DNA of 17,650 nt from Rotaria sp. (lineage: Eukaryota), in contig CAJNZC010000789.1 in NCBI GenBank assembly GCA_905331515.1, positions 28,821 to 46,470 on the forward strand, read 5' to 3'. Both the position numbers and the translations under genes were made by a program. Shown here one piece after another: positions 10,504 to 17,650 of the stretch. Within the stretch, counting starts at the first letter, position 1. Every line of letters begins with the position of its first letter. The notes beneath the pieces were generated by a model. The model saw nothing but the letters and a program-made list of their open reading frames with translations. It did no database searches and had not been told where the DNA came from.

Positions 10504-11502
10504 AGTTTTTCTCCTAATCCACAATCATACCACGAAGAAAAGAAAAGTCTACCCGCTAATATACATTATTATTCAACTATTGACAATAGAAGTTTGATAA
10601 AAATTGTTTACTTTTTGTATGTTTACGTGCATATGTATGTATTTATTATGATAGCAGATGCATGTGATCAAAATTCTAATTACATATACGTAGATGCGAA
10701 CGATTTTTGAAATACGATTCATATATTTCGAACTAAAAAAATAATATTACTAAATGTAGGATGATGTGTTCTTGGTTTCGTTGTATATTTTACACCAGTG
10801 GCTGAATACAAGACCTAAAAAGTGTTTCAATTAATCGGATCTTTCCATTAGAAAGCATGAACATGCTTCTTAGTTCACAAAATCAAATCTCTGACTTTTT
10901 TTCGACAAAATCGCTCTTGAAACTACCTAGATCGGTAGATTTCAACTCGGTTAGTATTTGAACACTATTTTCAATAGATTATGACAACATATTACGGATC
11001 ATTTTGCTTCTTCTTAGTATTCGTATTTTTCTGATTTTTACATGATATCTACTCACTCATGGTTTTCGAAGCATGAGAAAAATCATATTATGTTGAGTAG
11101 CTGGTCAAATCAATTAATAATAGAAAGTAGTATTGATTGCGAGCATGCCATGAAAATTTAGTGATATTTTGTGGAGAACCATGACCATTATGCAATACTA
11201 TTAGAGCACACCAGACATGGATTTACTGTAGACATATTGACCGCACATTGTTTTGTATATTTTTTCAATCAAATAATACTGTTTTTATTCATAATTTAAG
11301 CAAAGGCAAGTCTATAAGTTACAAATGTTACGTCAAATAATGAGATATGAAAACAAACGGAAACATCATTTTCAAAAAGTATTAAATCGTTTGACGATCA
11401 TTGTTGACTTCATACTCATCCAATGTTCATAATTATTAACCGTATCAACCCTAAGTAAGAGGCTATGTGACTCCGCCGTTACAATGTCATTAAAATAACA
11501 TA

Positions 11503-14389
11503 TTACCCTATGGTTGACTGGAATACACGTCTATCTTGGAAAAAAAATCCGTAATGACCTTCGCCAATTGGCCATTGTATATTTGCAGCGGCACATCGTG
11601 GAAAAGTTTTCGAGCGACGTTGCCATTCCCGAGCTATTAAATCAATACCGGCTATGTTTTGCCAGAACGTATATGAGGCGAATTCACCCCATATTGTTCT
11701 TGATCGCCATTTAGTGTAAGCTATTGCATGCGTACAAAAATGTATACCCCGACAGAATTGAAATAAACCGTCATCAGAATATTGAATGTTAGTTTGATTT
11801 TCCACATATATTGGTCCGCATGTGCCAAGATATAGAATGCCATCATCTTTTGCCATGTTTAGGCCTTGTTCGATGATTCCTATCAAAAAGAGGACATTCA
11901 TCGTATGTGATCGCTCTATTGTTCAACAAACGAGAGCTTTATTGGAAATACGAGCTTTGAGTTAGATGAAAAGATTTTTAGAAAAAAGTAACATCTAGAT
12001 CTGTTAAATCAACTTCTTCACAAACTGTGTATTGATCTACCAGACTCATCAGAACTCTTCTATATTTGGGTCGAATGATAATTGAAACATTAATATGAAG
12101 GTAGAATACAGAACATGACGAATATAACTATATTAATGGCATATAGTAATTTCTGAAATTATTCAACAAGCAAGAAGAGTTTGGGTTTTGTTTATATTTC
12201 AAGAGATAGATAAGCTAGGTTAGTGTGCTTCTTATCATATCATAGTATATAATCTTTAGTATATTACTGCAAAATATCAAGTCGATTCATGTACTGATCA
12301 AGATTCTATTCAGGATGTAATCAAAGTATACCTTTTTCAATCTTCCAAAATGATCACGAAAAGTTGTTTGTGCGAACTTTTTTGTGCTAATTTTAATATA
12401 GAATTTGGTTTCACAGCATACCACTCGAAAGAGCTAATGGCGTTCTATACGATGATTATATTGCTCCATAGCTTCCTCCGAAGAAGCTCTAATATTTAGC
12501 TTATTCGTTGTGCTACATATATGATTTGAAATAAAATAAAAAATTATATCAAATACACTAGTCGAATAAATCTTTCATGTTAGAAATTGTGTTATTGGAC
12601 CTTCAAATCAACGTCTGGCGCACACGGACACAAGATTCATTGTATTGTTTAATTGTTTACTTATCGAGGATGATATTACAATTTTCAAGAGCGCATATAA
12701 ATTTCTTTGCATCTAATATCTCAGTTGATCAACTAAAGTCTACGGATTTTGCAGAGCAAAAGGTTCTCTAGAAACTTCGTATCTGTTTCATTTTAACTTT
12801 AGATGATATTTAGTGAATGAAAAATGGTTGATAATGCGTATCAAGATATGTCATTTCTTTGGTAGAACAACATTGAAATCTATAGCATTTCTCTTGAATA
12901 AGTTTCACTAGAATGACGTTAATTGGATACCCAACAGAAATATTTAATGATGTTCATGGTGTTAGCAGAGCGACCTGAAATTTCGTTGATCCTATAACTC
13001 CAAAAAAAATTAAATACTTGCTACAAAAAGCTTTAACAGTTTTTATTTGTTTTTTTTCATACACAATGGTCATTAGTCTATACAATGCAACACAGCTTTT
13101 ACCTATGATTAAATTTATTTAGTTCGATTTTCTTTTTACTAAAGTGTACAATGGCTGTATGGTTCACTCCTAAAATAAAAATCATGAGTTATGATATGAA
13201 GACAACCAGATTTTAAAGCTCATTTAGCTATAAGAAAAAAACACAAAATTCAATTTTCTTGTTGGATAATTATGACAGTCATTGCCACTACGATCTTTGA
13301 CTTAAATGTTGTTGAGAACAATGATACAAATCTGAAATTTTTGGCACTTATTCTTTGTGAATATCTACAATATATGGATGCGACCCATGTTCTTTACTAA
13401 AGAGTTTCTACGTGATTGAGAGCAGACGTCTTCTTCAGAGATTTATATGTTGTTATTGTCTGCATTAGCAATTATACTTGTCTATCAAGAAACTCAAACG
13501 AACTGTTACCAGAAACCGAAATTGAACCGAATAGAATCAAAACTTATTTTATAAAAAGCAATAATCTATGAATGTTTGGAAATTGATCAGAGATATTGAT
13601 CAAAGACCAAAATTGAACGGAATTACAATGGTTTGGTTCGAATTCGGTTATTAGATTGAACAGATAGCGAATCATTGATTAGCAACCCAGCTGATTAATC
13701 TAATACATGATACGTAAGATGGTTAGCGTCACAGTATGAGGCTATGTAGGCGTGAACAATAATAACTACGTTCACATTCATGGAAATGAACAAGATTGTA
13801 ACATACCTCTTATTGAGTGACGTGGATCAGTATAATTCCATTTTACAAAAATCCAACCATAAGCTCCCTCGATGGCTTTAATATGGACTATGTTGACATC
13901 ATCTTCAAACAGAAATATCCAGTCATTGTCTGCTAGTTCGGAATTTGGTTTTGCTCCTATCTCCTTCCATAAGTCAACATAAGTAAGTAAAAGTGATGAA
14001 AATCCGATGGGACCGTGAACATTGATTCGTGAATCGTTGTATAATACAGGATGTTTTATTTGAATGTTAAAATAGTTTGGTAATGTAGTATTCAAGTTTG
14101 TTCTTGTGAAATTAAAACGTTTAGTCGCTGAAGATATGATAAATGCTAGGTATGGTGGACCAGAAGCGTTTCTGGTCTGTACTGAGCTCGAATTATGCAG
14201 ATCAAATACTTTGCAATCGTTAAAATTGTTTTGCAGATTTGCAAAGATAGCAACAGTAATACAAATTATACCCAGGATAATAATTCCATAAAAAAAATGG
14301 AAAAATCTATTCGAGTTGTTACTGTTCGTGACATTGAAAATCATACCATGAATATTGTCAATTAAAGCCGATCTTTGGACAAAAGACAT
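11503..14389 (-). CDS. Putative type II membrane glycosyltransferase-like protein, two exons
   Basis: Inferred join complement(13807..14389, 11503..11879). The intron 11880..13806 begins GTATGT and ends AG on the minus strand, phase 1 on both sides. The N-terminus has a single TM (FFHFFYGIIILGIICITVAIFA), followed by DNDWIFLFEDDVN, an acidic motif typical of glycosyltransferases, and a downstream 'DDGILYLGTCGPIY...CTHAIAYT' block. The family name is not certain. Confidence 0.6.
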
Positions 14390-16409
14390 CTAAAAGAGAC
14401 AAGAAATGGGACGTTTGTGTGACCAAAAATTTTCTTTACTGACTAGTGAGAACTGAGAACTATATACCATTATTAACTGCTAACTTTTAATACTCATATA
14501 TTATTGAAGATTTATTGAGAATTAACAAAAGAAAGTTGTTCTATTACACGCGTTGCAATTACTTAAGACATCATGCATGGTTTTCCAACGTAGAGTACTT
14601 TATGAAGAATCTACGCAGTAAATTCATCAGCTCTTGAAATAGGTGTCAGCCACAAATACTCAAATGCTCTTCAAATCTACTGATACTTACCGTACTCATA
14701 GAATTCGGCGAGTACTACCAACTGTAAAAATCTTACGCCTTAATATGTTTCCTTCAGAAGACATGTAACTAGAAAATTCAGTAGGGTTTCGCTCATAGCC
14801 TTGTAGTGCTAAACTTAACGAGATCTTTTCCTAATTATTTGCTCAATACATTAGAATAAGAGCTCTACTTTAAATTTTTCATTAATTTGTGAATAGCTTC
14901 TGTTAAATCAGTGATCAGCAGGATCTAGGGATCTAGAAATGGCACATATTCATAAAGAAATGAAGCAGCTTTACAAAATGATGAATCTCAAATGGATACG
15001 AGATCGCGGTCTAGCTACTATTTTTCTTCGCAATGTCAGTGTAGTCGAAGCTTGAATTCATCTACGTCGAAATGTGCTACCAATGACGATCATAGTTGCC
15101 TTTACCGTCGTAAAAGTTAGTCATTTAGCAGTATATTGACTTCTCCGTGATGAAGATGTGATTTATGATTTTACCGTGGGTCAAATCAACAAGTATATCG
15201 ATTCTAGCGTCAAGAAACTTGGAAGAAGGATTAGTTGTATACTCCTTATGCAACGTATTGCGGGCTGCTTTAAAAATCATTTGAAAGTATGTTTTCATTG
15301 AAACTTGAAAAGATTCACTTATAAAAAAAATATGTTACAGGATCAGAGAATTTCTTTATAAGAGTCGATTGCTGACTTAAGAAAAAAATGCAGCACAGTG
15401 GAACCGACTGGACTTGTTTAAAATTTAAGCAATTCTAACATCGGATTTTGATTGTCATCTCAAACAGACATCATGTTGCTTTTAGCTTTAACAAAAGAAA
15501 AAAAAATGCAATTTTGAGCGTCACGAAAGCATTATCGTATCTAAGCAAATATCAAACTTTTTTCAGATACAGTACAAGTAAAACGGTTACTTGCTCTTAG
15601 TTTTGACTGTTAACCTTGTTGTGGGCCCACAGTATCATTATGTAGATCTGAATATCGACAGAAGTTGTAAATGTAGTGAATTATTAGATATTTTATAGAC
15701 TTTTTCGTTGCTCATATTGGAGAAGATTTATGATACGTAGCATAGAACGCTGATAGAGAATGTGGAAAATGGAATCTGTTTCGAACGTAGATATAGTTAG
15801 CCGCACCTTACATGCTCATGAATGCTGAAAGACATTGAGAATGCAAAAATCTGAAGCGTTTGAACCGGATGATTGATGATAGAATTCTATAATTTCTTAA
15901 GAGGCATAATTTCTATCGTTTTTCGTGTAGTTTGTTTCGACACAATTTAGATTGTTATCAGCATATTAAATTACAATGGAGTTAATTAAATCAACAGATA
16001 ATCGATGAAATTCTAATGCGCACTTACCTAATCGAAAAAATTGTAATAAGAAATAGATGAAGGTAGATCGCTTACTAATAAAAGTGTGCAGAAATTTACC
16101 TGTGTAAATTGTGACTGGCTACGCTGCTTCTTGCATCAGTTGTTACAATGCATACTTTTTTTGAAGCTTCGTTCTTCTCTTTCTTTTCGTTCTCCTTTTA
16201 TGTCAACAGAAAAAAAATGATTAATATATGGTTTCGTCTGAAAGAAAAGAAAAAAAATCTGAGTATGTGGAAATGAGTGGTGTGCGTGCAGATAAGGGTT
16301 CAATGAGCATTATGAGTGTTACTTTATTCTTTCTTTACCGAATAGAGTTCAGTTAAATTTCTTTGTTTGCAATAGAAGTTGATGTAATGAAACTCAAGGA
16401 CATTGAACA

Positions 16410-16844
16410 TATTCGAGTTAAATTAAAAGTCTCACTACCAAACTAACGAATCAAAAATATGCCGTGCTTATGGCGTATCTGAACTGAAATATTTGAATTT
16501 TTAAATACTAATTGTCAATGTTCGATGTGCACAATGCAACGTTATTGAAGACTTTGATTGTTGTTATTTTTCATCATTTTTAATTGAAGTTCATCAAGTG
16601 GCATAAGAAAAAAGTCATGCGTCAAATTCACGAAGAAAATATTACGAAGAAAGTCGAAGATCCTATTATTTTGAAATAAATACGAAAATACACCGAAACT
16701 CTTGAGTTTCGTAAATTTCTTCAGTGAAACATGCATAGACAGTCAGTCTTCGAAAATTTGAATATTTAAGTTTCGGTACGCCATATGCATGTCACATTTT
16801 AAATCTGTTAGTTTAGCAGTGAAATCTTCAATTTAACCGGAATA
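16410..16844. repeat. Long imperfect inverted repeat (foldback or MITE-like), 107-nt arms separated by 221 nt
   Basis: Arm 16410..16516 aligns without gaps to the reverse complement of 16738..16844; hand count is about 80/107 identical positions. Example: gcttatggcgtatctgaactgaaatatttgaatttt vs gcatatggcgtaccgaaacttaaatattcaaatttt. Confidence 0.8.
16694..16711. repeat. Perfect 8-bp hairpin cgaaactc-tt-gagtttcg inside the larger foldback
   Basis: Direct reading. Confidence 0.9.
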
Positions 16845-17283
16845 GTGGTACAGCAGTGACTTTTATGAAAAAGGTAGCAGTTCCAATTTTCACCTCATAT
16901 GAATTATAATCAATTGAAGATACGAAGTTATCGTTGCATTAAGCCTAGCTTTTTGTGGGAAGTAAGGACTTCATAATGTTTCATAAAAGCCTTATGCGAT
17001 GGATGTAGTTTCAGTGACAGGTGAAATACAGGATTTTGAGAAAAAAATTGGGAATTCTAATTCCTCGACTGACCCTAACGGTAACTTGCGCTTTTCCCTA
17101 TTTTGCGACACAATTGGTTCTGCACAGTCTGATCAGTTCTACTTTTAATCCCACATAAAACTTTTCATAAAAGTTCGTGAAAAGAATGTTATTTTCACAA
17201 TATAGGTCCGTTGTAATCGGAAAATTGACTTAAGAAATTTATTGTTACCAACTATGGATAATCATAACAGGCATCTACTAAAA

Positions 17284-17333
17284 GGGTGTGGATGTTTACA
17301 GACAAGGAAGCCCCCACATCACCACCCACATCC
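17284..17333. repeat. Telomere-like head-to-head module (gggtgtggatgt ... cccccacatcaccacccacatcc)
   Basis: Direct reading; G-rich tract 17284..17295, C-rich tract 17311..17333. Confidence 0.75.
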
Positions 17334-17474
17334 TCAGCATCCATGGTAGCTTGAGAAGCAGTCGAGGACTAGTCTTGGATCCACATGCAATTTTACCATC
17401 CAAAGAAGCTTCAAATACTCTCTTGATACCGATAAACGCTGCAGAAGTTGTTGTATTCTAGTCTCTGGTTTACA

Positions 17475-17577
17475 TGTGTGTTTGGGTGTGGGTGTGGGTT
17501 GGGTGAGGGTGTGGGTGTGGGTGTGGGTGGGGTGTGGGTGTGGGTGTCGGGTGGTGTGGGTGTGGGTGCGGGTATGT
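17475..17577 (+). repeat. Telomere-like tandem array, G-rich strand, (TGTGGG)n with variant units
   Basis: tgtgtgtttgggtgtgggtgtgggttgggtgagggtgtgggtgtgggtgtgggtggggtgtgggtgtgggtgtcgggtggtgtgggtgtgggtgcgggtatgtgg. Confidence 0.95.
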
Positions 17578-17603
17578 GGCTGTAGATCCTCTCTTCATTC
17601 CTT

Positions 17604-17650
17604 CCACGCCCACACCCACACCCACACCCACACCCACATCCACACCCAAA
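17604..17650 (-). repeat. Telomere-like tandem array in opposite orientation, (CCCACA)n, running to the window edge
   Basis: ccacgcccacacccacacccacacccacacccacatccacacccaaa. Confidence 0.95.

Noticed and set aside
12577-12771. Plus-strand 64-aa ORF inside the large intron of the glycosyltransferase-like gene
   Set aside because: It is short and shows no transposase or reverse-transcriptase motifs, so it does not support a mobile element call.
14900-15300. Possible decayed transposon coding region in the gene-poor interval
   Set aside because: Translating parts of both strands gave only short interrupted stretches with no recognisable motif.
7617-17650. CRISPR array interpretation of the repeated G/T-rich tracts
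   Set aside because: The tracts are telomere-like microsatellites with paired opposite orientation. They have no repeat-spacer periodicity, and the host is clearly an intron-bearing eukaryote.
17475-17650. Calling this the actual chromosome terminus
   Set aside because: The repeat polarity reverses at about 17604, and the window edge is arbitrary. A true end cannot be claimed from this sequence.

Overview
The sequence looks like a eukaryotic subtelomeric window, most likely from a bdelloid rotifer. That host call is an inference from short (~50-75 nt) GT-AG introns and many TGTGGG/CCCACA (bdelloid telomere-type) tracts. (1) At 1..6469 (+) is the 3' part of a multi-exon vault-PARP (PARP4)-like gene. 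It encodes VIT and VWA domains, an acidic Ser-rich linker, an FG-motif/S/T/P/Q-rich stretch, and a C-terminal PARP4-type (MVP-interaction-like) region. An HSP70 substrate-binding-domain-like segment sits between the linker and the C-terminus, and every splice junction from 4457 onward keeps a consistent phase. (2) At 8027..8366 (-) is a two-exon gene for a small secreted WAP-like cysteine-rich protein. (3) At 11503..14389 (-) is a two-exon type II membrane protein gene, glycosyltransferase-like, with a 1.9 kb intron. The rest is gene-poor. It contains recurrent head-to-head telomere-like modules (G-rich tract, short spacer, C-rich tract), a long 107-nt-armed imperfect inverted repeat at 16410..16844, and a large telomere-like G/C array pair at 17475..17650. 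No CRISPR, rRNA or confidently identifiable tRNA was seen.
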